This document shows positions 29,259-42,679 of a stretch of DNA of 64,000 bases, piece after piece. Under the pieces are notes generated by a model that searched no databases, was not told the origin of the DNA, and saw nothing but the letters and a program-made list of their open reading frames with translations. The stretch covers positions 11,160,001-11,224,000 of the forward strand of contig NC_043007.1 in assembly GCF_006345805.1 (NCBI RefSeq), read 5' to 3'. A program made the translations under genes and the position numbers. The DNA comes from Octopus sinensis. Its lineage: Eukaryota. Position 1 is the first letter of the stretch. Every line of letters begins with the position of its first letter.

Positions 29259-29619
29259 GAGAGAGAGAGAGGGAGAAAGAGAAAGGGAGAAGAACATTAC
29301 AATTCATTAGCTGAACACAACTGACATAAACCTTTTCTCTCTCCTCATCCCCATATAAGGAAATATGCTCTCACACATGCAGACAGAGTGAAGTGGGGGG
29401 GGGGGGGGGAATGAGAATAACATTACAACAAGAGAAACATAAAAAAAACACCTGATGTCAAATAAGTCAGCATCGAATCAGCACCACCAAATTAGCGGCA
29501 CCGAAATGACTGTGCCAAAATGGTGTGCCAAAGTGGCTGTGCCGAAACGTGTCATGCCCTGTGGCAGTTGCTACCCTAGAAGAATGTTGGACATTCCTCC
29601 CTGAACCAAGGAATCTGTC

Positions 29620-30175
29620 TTTTCATTTTTTCATCTTTTATCGGTTTCGGTCATTAGACTGGCCATGCTGGGGCAAAGCCTTGAAGAATTTTAAGTGGAA
29701 TGAATCATTCCCAGTACTTGTTCAATTTTTTTTTAAAGCCTGATTATTCATTTTATTGGTCCTCTTTTGTTGAGCTGCTAAGTTACGGAGATGAAACACA
29801 CCAAAACTGGTTGTCAAGTAGTGGTAGGGGTCAAATACACACACAAACACACACACACAAAACATGCATTCACGCACACATGCACACTCACACACACACA
29901 CACAAAACATGCATTCACGCACACATGCACACTCACACACACACACACAAAACACATCCGCTTGTACACACATACACACACTTGCACACACACACACTTA
30001 TGCTCACTCACACACATATACAATGGTCTTTTAGTTTCCGTGTACCAAATCCACTCACAAGGGTTTGGTCAACCCTAGGCTATAAAAGAAGACACTTGCC
30101 CAAGGTGCCACGCAGTGGGACTGAACCTGGCATCATGTGGTTGAGAAGCAAACTTCTGACCACACAACCATAATT
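29620..30175 (-). mobile_element. SINE family A variant with an internal ~39-bp tandem duplication
   Basis: ACACAAAACATGCATTCACGCACACATGCACACTC is repeated. Confidence 0.7.
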
Positions 30176-30394
30176 GCCCCTATATGTTTCCCTTTTTTCT
30201 TTTCATTTTGTTTATTATCATGTGCAGGCAAAACACTTCATTTCACGTTACTCCAGTCCACTCGGCTGACAAAAGTGAGTAACCCTGCGACAGACTGGCG
30301 TCCCATCCAGGTGGGGAATTTATGCGCCAAGGAAACGGGGAAACCGGCCCTTATGAGTTGGTATGACTCGAGAAGGTAACCTTTACATTTACTT

Positions 30395-30780
30395 TACCAC
30401 CACCACCACCACCACCACCACCACCACCAAAACTACCATCCCCACCACTAACACCAACACTGCCACCACTACCACCATCACTTGCAGCTAGTCACTACCA
30501 CCCTACCATAATCGCTTCTCATCACCATCACCACAACAACTAGCATCACCAACACTAACACACCACCACCACCGCCACTGCCAACACCATCACTGCAGCT
30601 AGTCACTACCACCCTACCATCACCCTCACCATAACCCCTTCTCATCACCACCACCACCACCACAAAAACAACCAGCATCACCACCACCACCACTACCGCT
30701 AACACACGACCACCACTAACACCACTACTACCACTGCCACTGTTACCCTTACCCTCACCACCACTAACTGCTACCATATG
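30395..30780. repeat. (CAC/CACTAC)n low-complexity tract with an internal duplication
   Basis: GCAGCTAGTCACTACCACCCTACCAT occurs twice. Confidence 0.9.
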
Positions 30781-31059
30781 GTAACACTAGGCCCGACACA
30801 CACACACACACACATTTAAATACACAGACTAAAACAGGAAAACGTTAAAACAACAACAAAAAAAGAACTGGAAATACCATAAAGCAAAACAAAGAATAAA
30901 AGTTTGATTACGTAATGAATGAAACGGAGATGTGTGAAGGAATTTAAATTAAACATGTTATCTAACTGTTTTTCGCTCCCTCCACACATCTAACCGTCTG
31001 TACGCTCATCTGAACAATACAGCTACTTGTTAAGGACAGAGAGAGAGAGAGAACAAAAC

Positions 31060-31299
31060 ATGCCATTTACAGTGTCTTGTTTACTCGCTTACTTGTTTCA
31101 GTCATTTGACTGCGGCCATGCTGGAGCACCGCCTTTTAATCGAGCAACTCGAACCCGGGACTTATTCTTTTGTAAGCCCAGTACTTATTCTATCGGTCTC
31201 TTTTTTGCCGAACCGCTAAGTGACGGGGACGTAAACACACCAGCATCGGTTGTCAAGCAATGCTAGAGGGACAAACACACAAACATATACACACACATG

Positions 31300-31371
<72 letters not shown>

Positions 31372-31705
31372 TTTTATGTATTGATTAAGTCTTTCCTTGT
31401 TTGTTTTTCAAAATAGTGGTTTTGTCTCTAATAATATTATATAATATTTTACTATAAAATTGGATTTAATCCTAAATCTGATTTTTTCCCTGTAAATTTG
31501 GATTTATTCCCTAATATTTATTATTATATATATATATATACATATATACGACAGGCTTCTTTCAGTTTCCGTCTACCAAATCCACTCACAAGGCTTTGGT
31601 CGGCCCGAGGCTATAGCAGAAGACACTTGCCCAAGATGCCACGCAGTGGGACTGAACCCAGAAGCATGTGGTTGGTTAGCCAGCTACTTACCACACAGCC
31701 ACTCT
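31060..31705 (-). mobile_element. SINE family A with an insertion (31367-31524) in its TA tract
   Basis: The tail half and head half flank an unrelated AT-rich block. Confidence 0.8.
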
Positions 31706-32246
31706 TGTGTACTTTTTCTAAATGATTTTTCCATCATCACACCAAAGAATATGATAAAATAAGTTTTGCTTGATTACTGGGGGTCAGTTAAATCAAATAC
31801 AACCTCACTTCCCCTGAAAAAGAAGAATTCTTTTGTGATTTTCCGATTAATATTAATTTCTACCCTTATTATTTAACTTTTAAATAACCATGTTCTCTAA
31901 CTGGTAAATTTGATGCGGATTAATTAAAACTGCAGATCACTTTCCGGCTTTGGCGCGCCAAAAGGAAGACATTTGAAATATACCCTCAAATATAATTGAT
32001 AGAACTTTATAGGTATTCTTTCGGTTTGACTCGAAAAATCAAAACAAACCATTCGGCGAATTCCGTGAAAAGCACGTTGTCTTGTAAACTGTCAGTTGAC
32101 GAAATGAGAGGAAGGGAAGAAAGCTAAAGGGCTGTACGTGCATGCATGCTTGTTCCTGTGAGTGTGTGTGTGTGTGTGTGTGCGTGCGTGTGTGCGTGTA
32201 CGGTTGTTCCTCTGCGTGAACGTGCTAATTTAAACTTCAAGAATGT

Positions 32247-32664
32247 GGATCTTTTCGGTTTGAACGGCAGTTTTTAACATAATTTCTAGGTAACTAAACA
32301 CTTTTAAACTTCGTATACTGGTAGAATGTGCTTATAAAACATCTTTTTCTCTTGGCTTTATTGAGAAAATTCTATAGTTTGTAAGATATTTGTTGTTTTT
32401 TTTCTTCAATTTCTGCAATTTCAACCAACCAATGACGTCTATTGAGGTAAAAAAAAAACATTCTGTGCCGTATGAATATGTCCCTCGTTAAACAGATTGG
32501 GTTTATTTACATTTGTGAAGAAAAAAAGATACCCTTCCCCCCACACCACACCCCTAACCCTAAAACAGATTGAAATGCAATAGATCGATACTAGGGTCAT
32601 AATTATGGGTGACAATTTCATATGACACCGCTAGAAAAAACTGCCGTTCAAACCGAAAAGATCT
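32247..32664. mobile_element. GG-ended MITE family 1
   Basis: TIRs as at 25954; TSD AAGAATGT on both sides. Confidence 0.85.
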
Positions 32665-32796
32665 AAGAATGTTTTTTATGAAATTCATAAAATGCGTTGT
32701 ATAGTCCCTCCTTTTCTCCATGCATGTTGCAATATTTCTGCTCTTTAGTGGTTAAAAAAAAAAAGACATGGACAACTATAATTGATACGGCGAAAG

Positions 32797-33192
32797 CGGC
32801 GAGCTGGCAGAAACGTTAGCACGCCGGGCGAAATGTGTAGCCGTATTTCGTCTGCCGTTACGTTCGGAGCTCAAATTCTGCCGAGGACGACTTTGCCTTT
32901 CATCCTTTCGGGGTCGATAAATTAAGTACCAGTTACGCCCTGAGGTCGATGTAATCGACTTAATCCATTTGTCTGTCCTTGTTTGTCCTCTCTGCGTTTA
33001 GCCCCTTGTGGGTAGTAAAGAAATAGATATTTCGGCTGCCGCTACGTTCAGACTTCAAATACAGCCGTGGTCGACTTTGCCTTTCATCCTTTCGGGATCG
33101 ATAAATTAAGTACCAGTTGCGTACTGGGGTCGATCTAATCAACTGCCTCCTCCCCTAAAATTTCTGGCCTTGTGCCCAGAGTAGAAAGAATA
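32797..33192 (+). mobile_element. SINE family B, head plus two tandem bodies
   Basis: The body restarts at about 33027 without the A-box head and carries a different 3' end. Confidence 0.8.
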
Positions 33193-33324
33193 TTTAGGTG
33201 TTGGTAGTGTGAGTTGAAGTTTGATTATTGTTTGAAATTGCTGTTGTTTGAATTCTTGGTTGTTTTGTGTTGGTTTGCAGTGGTTTTCTAGTTGTGCTTT
33301 CTTTCGATTTTATCAAGAGAAGCC

Positions 33325-34565
33325 ATGGCAGAAAGAATGTACTATTCAGGCATTGATGATTCCGAATTGTCCTCTTCGGAGGAGGAGTTACTTCTTGCAG
33401 TCAACAGGATGGACAAATGCCCACAGAAGAAAAGCTTTACAGAAGTCAAATATTGGAAAATATGAGAAAATTGCATGTAGAGTGGGTGGAGACTAAGCTC
33501 TCACCACTCCAGAAGATAATGGACGAAATAGACAAAAAGACTGTAGTATACAAGGTGTATTCATTGGAGGAAAAGAAAATAGAACATGTAGAAGCGGAAA
33601 CTATGGAAAAGGCATCGCGCTCAGTCTGGCAATATATGTTATATCTTGTCAGAGGAAGTAAATTCGGAACTATTGTAGTCCATTTTAAGACAGAAGACAA
33701 AGCAAAGGAAAACACTATAAACACAGTAAAAACTAAGTGGTCCTTCTACCCACTTATTTGGTAAGAAGGACTTCTAGAATTAAGGTGGAAGGAATCCCAC
33801 CAGAAATAGATGTGGCTTGGGTCGTGGCGGCTGTTCTTCTAGGAGGTAAAGAAGAATTAGCCGTCCCCCAAGCCACAAAAACAGAAAACTCGGTTTGGAA
33901 AGGACAGACAATGGATTTGATTGTACAGGCTACAGTTGAAACACTCGAAAATTTGGTGGAAACAGTATCAATCGGAGATGTAGTGTTGAAAGTGTGGGTG
34001 GAGGGACAGGACTCCTCGTTGTTTTAAATGTGGCCAAAAAGGCCACATTAGAGCACACTGCCCTCTGTAGAAGCAGACTACGGAAAGGATGGACGAGAGA
34101 CCAGAAAAGAAGTAAGAGGAGGGAAAGGAAAGAGAGGAAGCATGGACAATTGCAGAAAGAAGAAGAAAAAATAGGAAAAAAGAATAGTGGAACCCCAAAC
34201 CTGACCCACCCCACCCATATCCTCTCAGACCCACCCTCTCTCTACAGACACCAAAAAAGAAAATAGAAATGCAACCACAATAAAGTACAAAGAATTCCCT
34301 TCCCCGTTAAGTAAATTACTTTTGTATATTGACGGACAAAGAGAATAAGGAAATACTTCGGAAAACAACAGATTGGAAGACGGCAAAATTTGTTGGTACA
34401 AAAGAATAAACGAACATGATAGGGTGGCACATATGTGTGTTACTTTCAGAAAAGCAGAAGAAGTGAAGAAATACAAAAAATGTTATAAGTTCTTGAAAAT
34501 CAATACAGACGTTAAGAGGATACCAGACAACATAGGCTTTGAAGAACTATTAGAGAAATTTGCAG
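33325..34565 (+). pseudogene. Frameshifted gag-like ORF1 of a non-LTR retrotransposon (CCHC knuckle)
   Basis: GCCATGG start (MAERMYYSGIDDSELSSSEEE); coding-like frames at 33417-33764 and 33737-34027; CFKCGQKGHIRAHC at 34020-34061; cut off by SINE-C. Confidence 0.75.
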
Positions 34566-34890
34566 TGAGGGCGCGTGGCTTAGTGGTTAGGGCATTCGGC
34601 TCATGATCGTAAGGTTGTGAGTTCGATTCCCGGCGACGCGTTGTGTCCTTGAGCAAGACACTTTATTTCACGTTGCTCCAGTCCACTCAGCTGGCAAAAA
34701 TGAGTTGTACTTGTATTTCAAAGGGTCAGCCTTGTCACTCTCTGTGTCACGCTGATTATCCCCGAGAACTACGTTAAGGGTACACGTGTCTGTGGAATGC
34801 TCAGCCATTTGCACGTTAATTTCACGAGCAAGCTGTTCCGTTGATCGTATCGGCTGGGACCCTCGTCGTCGTAACCGGCGGAGTCTTTTT
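34565..34890 (+). mobile_element. SINE family C
   Basis: TGGCTTAGTGGTTAGG A box, GAGTTCGATTCC B box, GTGTCCTTGAGCAAGACAC body. Confidence 0.85.
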
Positions 34891-35129
34891 TTAAGAGAAA
34901 TTTGGTGTCGATGTGACAAAAGGACTCCCAAGGAAGTAAATGATGCTGCTAGAGGTGGGGCAAGCGACACAGTTTCATTATCATTTTCATGTTATCATTC
35001 ATCTTATCATACGTTCTAATTTAATTTTTTTTTTCAGTTTTATTTATTTTCGTGTTATGTGTCTCCACGTGTTTGTCTTTGTCCCCTCTGTGTTGGCCCC
35101 TTATGGGCAATAAAGAAAGATATAATTGA

Positions 35130-35735
35130 TACGGCGTTCTCATTTTTCTGTTTGGAAATTTACGGATTTTACATACACACATGAAGCAGGTAAGAACAAA
35201 TGGCAAAACTTCCACCCATCCCCACCCCCTCAAACCACCCTTAAATTTTTTTTTTTTTCGGCACAAACCCCCGTTTTTCTTCATTTTTCACTTTTTTCAC
35301 AATTTTTTCCCCAAAATATGCGGAAAAATACGGAGATTATGATTCTGAAAAAAATTTCCAAAAATCTTTGTAAAAAATTTTTTTTAAGAATTTCTTTTTT
35401 TCTAAATATGCGGAAAAATACGGACATGACTTGGACAAAAATTTCAAAACATTTCTGTACTTACAGTTAGGGTTTTAGGGTTAGGGTTAGGGTTTTAGGG
35501 TTAAGGTTTTAGGGTTAGGGTTAGAGTTTTAGGGTTAGGGTGAGGGTGAGGGTTTTAGGATTAGGGTTAGGGTGAGGGTTTTAGGGTTAGGGTTAGTGTT
35601 AGAGAAAAAAGTCAAAATTGAAGTTGTGGGGGGGGAAAGGGGTGGGGAAATTTCACAATGCCGATTTTGGCAATTTTCCGGAACCTCCGTATCCGAAAAC
35701 GGGGATTTTTGGAAAAAAAATAAACAAATTTATGG
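35130..35735. mobile_element. Unclassified repeat containing a degenerate (TTAGGG)n array (35466-35602)
   Basis: The right portion is homologous to 43495-43640. Confidence 0.6.
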
Positions 35736-35899
35736 AGTGGCTGTGTGGTAAGTAACTTGCTAACCAACCACATGGTTGCGGGTTCAGTCCCACTGCGTGG
35801 CATCTTGGGCAACTGTCTTCTGCTGTAGCCCCGGGCCGACCAATGCCTTGTGAGTGGATTTGGTAGACGGAAACTGAAAGAAGCCTGTCGTATATATGT

Positions 35900-35959
<60 letters not shown>

Positions 35960-36175
35960 TATATGTGTGTGATTGTGTGTCTGTGTTTGTCCCCTAGCAT
36001 TGCTTGACAACCGATGCTGGTGTGTTTACGTCCCCGTCACTTAGCGGTTCGGCAAAAGAGACCGATAGAATAAGTACTGGGCTTACAAAGAATAAGTCCC
36101 GGGGTCGATTTGCTCGACTAAAGGCGGTGCTCCAGCATGGCCGCAGTCAAATGACTGAAACAAGTAAAAGAGTAA
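35735..36175 (+). mobile_element. SINE family A, near full length
   Basis: GGAGTGGCTGTGTGGTAAG...GGGTTCAGTCCC head; GGCGGTGCTCCAGCATGGCCGCAGTCAAATGACTGAAAC tail. Confidence 0.9.
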
Positions 36176-36318
36176 ATTGGGGAGGTACGGGCGAAAGTCT
36201 TTCCGAACAAATATGCAAGGCTTTTTTTTTTTCTTCATCAAGTTTAAAATGCGACATTGGTGGCATAATTTCGTTATATCTATATTCCACAACACATATA
36301 TACATAAAAACAGAACAG

Positions 36319-36363
<45 letters not shown>

Positions 36364-37273
36364 ATGTTCGAAACATTGCTCCCGCAAAAAATTTTAGTGT
36401 GAAGGAGCGTTTACATCCTCTGCAGCTCCGTTCCCTAGCCTGTAAATGCAGAGGGAAAAAAAGAGGTCAAGCGGAAAGAATAAAATGTGAAGGTCACGTC
36501 GTATGATAATAGAGATACATGATAATATCAGAGACGGACGGGGGTGGAGAGAGGGGGACACGCGTAAAGAGATACAAGGAGGGCGGATGCTGTGACTGTT
36601 TGGGTGTGTATTTACTCGTGGGCGAAGTTTGAAGTTCGCAGGTTCTAAGAGACAAGCGAGGCTAGTAGTTACAAGAGCGAATGTACGGCAGTTGGGGTGA
36701 AACGGGATGAAGGGCGGGAGACAGAGGGTACTTGTGTCAATGAGGCGGAGAAAGTTCATGTGAGTGTTGGGATTACGAAGAAATAATATTAATGTAATGG
36801 ATATATTAAAACCAGGTTAAACCATCCCATTTATGATGAAAGCATTACCCTTGTATTGCGTAGGTGAGTGACTGTGAGTGAGTGCGTGCACGCAGAGGTT
36901 TTGTCAATCATCTGTCATCTGTATACGAAGAACATCGATCTACAAAAACAAAAAAGCTTTCATCTTCGATCTACTCAGTGATGACAGACCGAGGGCTAAA
37001 CGAAGCGACAATACAGGAAGCGAGCTTCTCACGTAGTCGTTCGATTTGCTAAAAATAGCAGTTAAACCTCTCTCAAAATATAAGCTAGCCTCTTATAGCA
37101 AAAAAAAAAAAAATCTATTGAAACATATAGCTCCTGAATATGACATGGTGGTCACGATTGGGACATTTTTACTCAATCAAGCCTGGATTAGAACTCCACA
37201 ACAGCAAAAACAAGCAAGTAAATAAACTTTCGGCGAAGCAGATCACCAGCTCAGTTTCGATTCTTAGTCTAAG

Positions 37274-37512
37274 CAGTAATTCACAACCATTTCTGGCCTG
37301 TGCGCCCCCTTTGGTTCCTAATTTACTCAGATGGACCCTCATGGTCATTTGATGTTTTTTAAAAAATCCAATTATATTTTTATAATTAAATATTATAAAG
37401 AATTGTATTAAAAAATTGTTAGAATATTTTGTGTGTTGTAGCGGTATTATCAATTTACTGCAGATAAATTTTAACAACGAAATCTTATATGGAACCCAGT
37501 TGAGAACCACTG
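37274..37512. mobile_element. hAT-like MITE
   Basis: CAGTAATTCACAAC ... GTTGAGAACCACTG imperfect TIRs; TSD not clean. Confidence 0.5.
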
Positions 37513-37640
37513 GTTCTTACTTAGCTATATATTTCACTTAACTTGCTAAAATCCTTGAAAAATGCATGATCACCACAAACTCCCATATGCCTGTCCCAAT
37601 TACTTTTGAAGATCTGGTAACTACATCTAGTAGGTAGAAT

Positions 37641-38055
37641 GGATCTTTTCGGTTTGACCGGCAGTTTTTAAAAATAATTTCCACGTAACTAAACACTTTT
37701 AAACTTCGTATACTGGTAGAATGTGTTTATAAAACATATTTTTCTCTTGGCTTTATTGAGAAAATTCTATAGTTTGTAAGATATTTGTTGCTTTTTTTCT
37801 GCAATTTCTGAAATTACAACCAATCACTGACGTCTATTGAGGTAAAAAAAAAAGACATTCTGTGCCGTATGAATATGTCCCTCGTTTAAGAAACAGATTG
37901 GGTTTATTTACATTTCTGAAGAAAAAAGGATACCCTTCCCCCACCTTTAACTCTAACCAACCCTAACCCTAAAACAGATTGAAATGCAATAGATCTATGG
38001 GTGACAATTTCATATGACACCGCTAGAAAAACTGCCGTTCAAACCGACAAGATCC
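37641..38055. mobile_element. GG-ended MITE family 1 flanked by an 80-bp direct repeat
   Basis: 37561-37640 matches 38056-38135 with 3 mismatches. Confidence 0.85.
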
Positions 38056-38271
38056 AATGCATGATCACCACAAACTCCCATATGCTTGTCCCAATTACTT
38101 TTGAAGATCTGGTAACTACGTCTAGCAGGTAGAATTACTGCATTGAAATTTATTTATTGGTTCGGGTGAGTGCTTTGGAAAGGCATGAGCAACATAGGAT
38201 CCGATATCTCTAGTGCCAAATGTTGTCCCCAACTTCGTTCTGGCAACTTCTTCGACGTCACTGATATTAAG

Positions 38272-38878
38272 GGCAGCGAACTGATAGAGTCATTAGCACA
38301 CCGGGCGAAATGCGTAGCCGTATTTCGTCAGCCGCTACGTTCTGTGTTCAAATTCCGCCGAGGTCGACTTTGCCTTTCATCCTTTCGGGGTCGATAAATT
38401 GAGTACCAGTTACGCACTGGGGTCGATGTAATCGTCTTAATCCGTTTGTTTGTCCTTGCTTGTCCTCTCTGTGTTTAGCCCCTTGTGGGGCAGTAAATAA
38501 ATAGGTATTTCGTCTGCCGCTAAGTTCTGAGTTCAAATTCCGCCGAGGTCGACTTTGCCTTTCATCCTTTCGGAGTCGATAAATTAAGTACCAGTTACGC
38601 ACTGGGGTCGATGTAATCGTCTTAATCGGTTTGTTTGTCCTTGCTTGTCCTCTCTGTGTTTAGCCCCTTGTGGGCAGTAAAGAAATAGGTATTTCGTTTG
38701 CCGCTACGTTCTGAGTTCAAATTCCGCCGAGGTCTACTTTGCCTTTCATCCTTTCGGGGTCGATTAAATACGTACCAGTTACGCACTGGGGTCGGTGTAA
38801 TCGACTTAATCCTTTTGTCTGTCCTTGTTTGTCTCGTCTATGTTTAGCCCCCCCCCCCTTGTGGGCAATAAAGAAATG
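38272..38878 (+). mobile_element. SINE family B, head plus three tandem bodies
   Basis: Units of about 185 bp start near 38320, 38507 and 38689. Confidence 0.85.
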
Positions 38879-39682
38879 GATATCAAAACTGCTGCGGACG
38901 CCTGACCTCCTCTTGGGTAACATCATTGACGCGGAGAGAGGAGACCGTCTGCGTGGGTATCAGATGATCTTCCGTACAACATCTCCCAAACCTACACCCA
39001 CGATAGGACATGCCTGGATCGCATCACCGTGGTTATACAACCCAGATTTTGTGAAGAATCTCTTCAATGACCAACAGAACAATTTTACTGGATAACTACT
39101 TTCTCATGCCACTCACCGCTGGGCTCTCGCACTCGAGAAATTTAAAGAAAAGACACGTTTGTAGCGTTTGGTATCAACAGAGATTACTAACTTATCTCAA
39201 CTCTGGGATTGGCTTACTGTCAGAGTGCACAACCGCTACGATTGCGGATAGAACTCTTCCCACACTCTTTCAGAACATTGGCCCACACTCGTTTGGCTCC
39301 CCTCTTTCACAATTGTGATTTAAGCTGTGGTTTACATCAACATCCTGCTTGTAATCATGTCCATTAACACTCACTCTAAGAGAGATGATACCACACCTAT
39401 TGCATCAGTTACATACGACCCCCACGCAGGTTCTGTAGTGCAGATATCTCAAAATATCCTCTGAATCATGTCAGTCTTGTTTTATTTATTAAAGAATTGC
39501 AACCACTGCACATATCAAGAAAATATTATCTCTCTATTCCCTTAAAAACACAAGCAACATTCAACGTGAGGTCTCGCAATCAGTCCAAACGTTAAGCTTC
39601 ACTCGAACTCAACAACTCTCCCAGTGAATTATTTCTTTATTGCCCACAAGGGGCCAACATAGAGTTGGACAATACATCATGA

Positions 39683-40071
39683 GGCGATCTTTCGTCTCTA
39701 GTAGACCTTTCGTCTCTAGTAGACCTTTCCGTCGATTTCCGTAAAAAACTTCTTTTTTTTTTACATATGGGCTTGCGGGGACTTTTGAAGTAATGAGAGC
39801 GAAAGAGACTAAGACAAAGCGATTGTATGACGAGGGAAGTTCTTTTGAAGCATTGATGTACATGTGTGTGTGTGTGTGTGTTTGATGGGGTGTGAGAGAC
39901 AGAAAGTATGTTGTGTAAGTGAAGTGCTTCTGTTAGTGTGTGTGAAGAGACAGAGTAATGTGTGGAAGAGGACGCTTTCTCTTAGTCTCTTCCGCAAGCC
40001 CATATGTAAAAAAAAAAAAGAAGTTTTTTACGGAAATCGACGGAAAGGTCTACTAGAGACGAAAGATCGCC
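39683..40071. mobile_element. GG-ended MITE family 2 (~85-bp TIR, 8-bp TSD)
   Basis: CATCATGA-GGCGATCTTTCGTCTCTAGTAG ... CTACTAGAGACGAAAGATCGCC-CATCATGA; the left TIR has an 18-bp internal duplication. Confidence 0.85.
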
Positions 40072-40516
40072 CATCATGATTTGGGGTCATGAGAAACGAA
40101 TGGAGATTACACAAAAATGACCTTTAAAAATTTACACAAAATCGGAAAACAAAATCGAAGAAATCGGATGATACACAATTTTACAACCCAACATAAAATG
40201 ATATATGAAGTGGGAACACCAGGATTGCCCGACCCCACGAGCCCTGTTTTTTCCCACTGAAACTCGGCAGCTAACTCATAGCCTGCTCATGTGTCCACTT
40301 TCAATCGCAGCAATCGTGCCACACGCTTCCATCTTTTTTCGAACTCACGCACTGACAGACACCTTTTCTCCAACTCCACCTTTCTTTTTAGGTGGAACTT
40401 AAAAAAGTTCACCAAGGCGGAGCCAGAGATCGTGGTGCCTGTCTTTACAACTTTCATTCTAGTCTTCCATATACCCATATATGTCCATCCTTAACATTAG
40501 CAAAGACTGCAGCACT

Positions 40517-40655
40517 CTTTAGTATTTAAACTGGCCATATTTGGTTCAAATATTCCATCTATTTTATGCTCAAACTAGTCAGATCCAGCCTCTCACACCT
40601 ACCACATAATGTCATTCTTAAAACAAACTCACGACATCGAAATCTTTAAGTCTCA
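40517..40655. mobile_element. piggyBac-type MITE fragment
   Basis: CTTTAGTATTTAAACTGGCCATAT...CAGATCCAGCCTCTCACACC matches 6577 onward. Confidence 0.6.
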
Positions 40656-40696
40656 TTCACATGAATTTTACATTAAATCTAACTCTAATCCACTCT

Positions 40697-41102
40697 GGAT
40701 CTTTTCGGTTTGAACGGCAGTTTTTAACATAATTTCTATATAACTAAAAAAAATTTTAAACTTCGTATACTGGTAGAATGTGTTTATAAAACTTCTTTTT
40801 CTCTTGGCTTTCTTGAGAAAATTCTATAGTTTGTAAGATATTTGTTGTTTTTTTTTTCTTCAATTTCTGCAATTTCAACCAATCACTGACGTCTATTGAG
40901 GTAAAAAAAAACATTCTGTGCCGTATGAATATGTCCCTCGTTTAAGAAACAGATTGGGTTTATTTACATTTGTGAAGAAAAAAAGATACCCTTCCCCCCA
41001 CCCCTTCCCCTAACCCTAAAACATAGAAATGCAATAGATCGATACTAGGGTCATAATTATGGGTGACAATTTCATATGATACCGCTAGAAAAAACTGCCG
41101 TT
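40697..41102. mobile_element. GG-ended MITE family 1, right TIR truncated
   Basis: Left TIR intact; the right end breaks at AAAACTGCCGTT and joins AGGGTTAGGG. Confidence 0.8.
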
Positions 41103-41198
41103 AGGGTTAGGGGGCGATCTTACGATACTAGTTACACCACTGTCACTTATAAACCACGTGAGTTTATTTACATTTGTGAAAATGATCGTCGGTTTTTA

Positions 41199-42554
41199 CA
41201 TGCATGCATGCATGTATGTATGTATGTATGTATGTATGTATGTATGTATGTATGTATTATTACGTATGTATTTATGTATGTATGTATGTATGTATGTATG
41301 ATGTATGTATGTATGTATGTATGTATGATGTATGTATGTATGTATGATTGTATGTATGTATGTATGATGTATGTATGTATGATGTATGTATGTATGTATG
41401 ATGTATGTATGATTGTATGTATGTATGATTGTATGTATGTATGTATGTATGTATGTTTGATGTATGTATGTATGTATGATGTATGTATGATTGTATGTAT
41501 GTATGATTGTATGTATGTATGATTGTATGTATGTATGTATGATTGTATGTATGTATGTATGTATGTATGTATGTATGTATGTTGTATGTATGTATGTATG
41601 TATGTATGATTGTATGTATGTATGTATGATTGTATTTATGTATGTATGTATGTATGATTGTATGTATGTATGATTGTATGTATGTATGTATGATTGTATG
41701 TATGTATGTATGTATGTATGATTGTATGTATGTATGATTGTATGTATGTATGTATGATTGTATGTATGTATGTATGATTGTATGTATGTATGATTGTATG
41801 TATGTATGTATGTATGTATGTATGTATGTATGTATGATGTATGTATGTATGTATGATGTATGTATGATTGTATGTATGTATGATTGTATGTATGTATGAT
41901 TGTATGTATGTATGTATGATTGTATGTATGTATGTATGTATGTATGTATGTATGATTGTATGTATGTATGTATGTATGTATGATTGTATGTATGTATGAT
42001 TGTATGTATGTATGTATGTATGTATGATGTATGTATGTATGTATGATGTATGTATGATTGTATGTATGTATGATTGTATGTATGTATGATTGTATGTATG
42101 TATGTATGATTGTATGTATGTATGTATGTATGTATGTATGTATGATTGTATGTATGTATGTATGTATGTATGTATGTATGATTGTATGTATGTATGTATG
42201 TATGTATGTATGTATGTATGTATGTATGTATGTATGTATGTATGTATGTATGATTGTATGTATGTATGTATGTATGTATGATGTATGTATGTATGTATGA
42301 TGTATGTATGATTGTATGTATGTATGATTGTATGTATGTATGATTGTATGTATGTATGTATGTATGTATGTATGTATGATTGTATGTATGTATGTATGTA
42401 TGTATGTATGATTGTATGTATGTATGATTGTATGTATGTATGATTGTATGTATGTATGTATGATTGTATGTATGCATGCATGCATGCATGCATGCATGCA
42501 TGTATGTTTGTATGTATGTATGTATGTATGTATGCATGCATGCATGCATGTATG
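41199..42554. repeat. (ATGT)n array with ATG/ATT variants, bounded by (ATGC)n
   Basis: Direct reading. Confidence 0.97.
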
Positions 42555-42679
42555 GCTTCAGTGACGCACACACACACAAACACATACACACACAGACACA
42601 CACGTACACACACAGACACACGCGTACACACACCCACACACAGACGGACGGCACGCCAAGTTCAAAAGAACTTCCCCGA

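Noticed and set aside
35466-35602. True telomere or chromosome end
   Set aside because: Short, degenerate and embedded in a repeat that recurs at 43.5 kb.
36394-36759. 121-aa minus-strand ORF, possibly a PLE relic
   Set aside because: Composition resembles the 61-64 kb PLE but no motif aligns convincingly.
38890-39420. CpG-rich unique-looking stretch with short ORFs
   Set aside because: No motif or splice pattern I could support in any frame; probably an old element. It needs a translated search.
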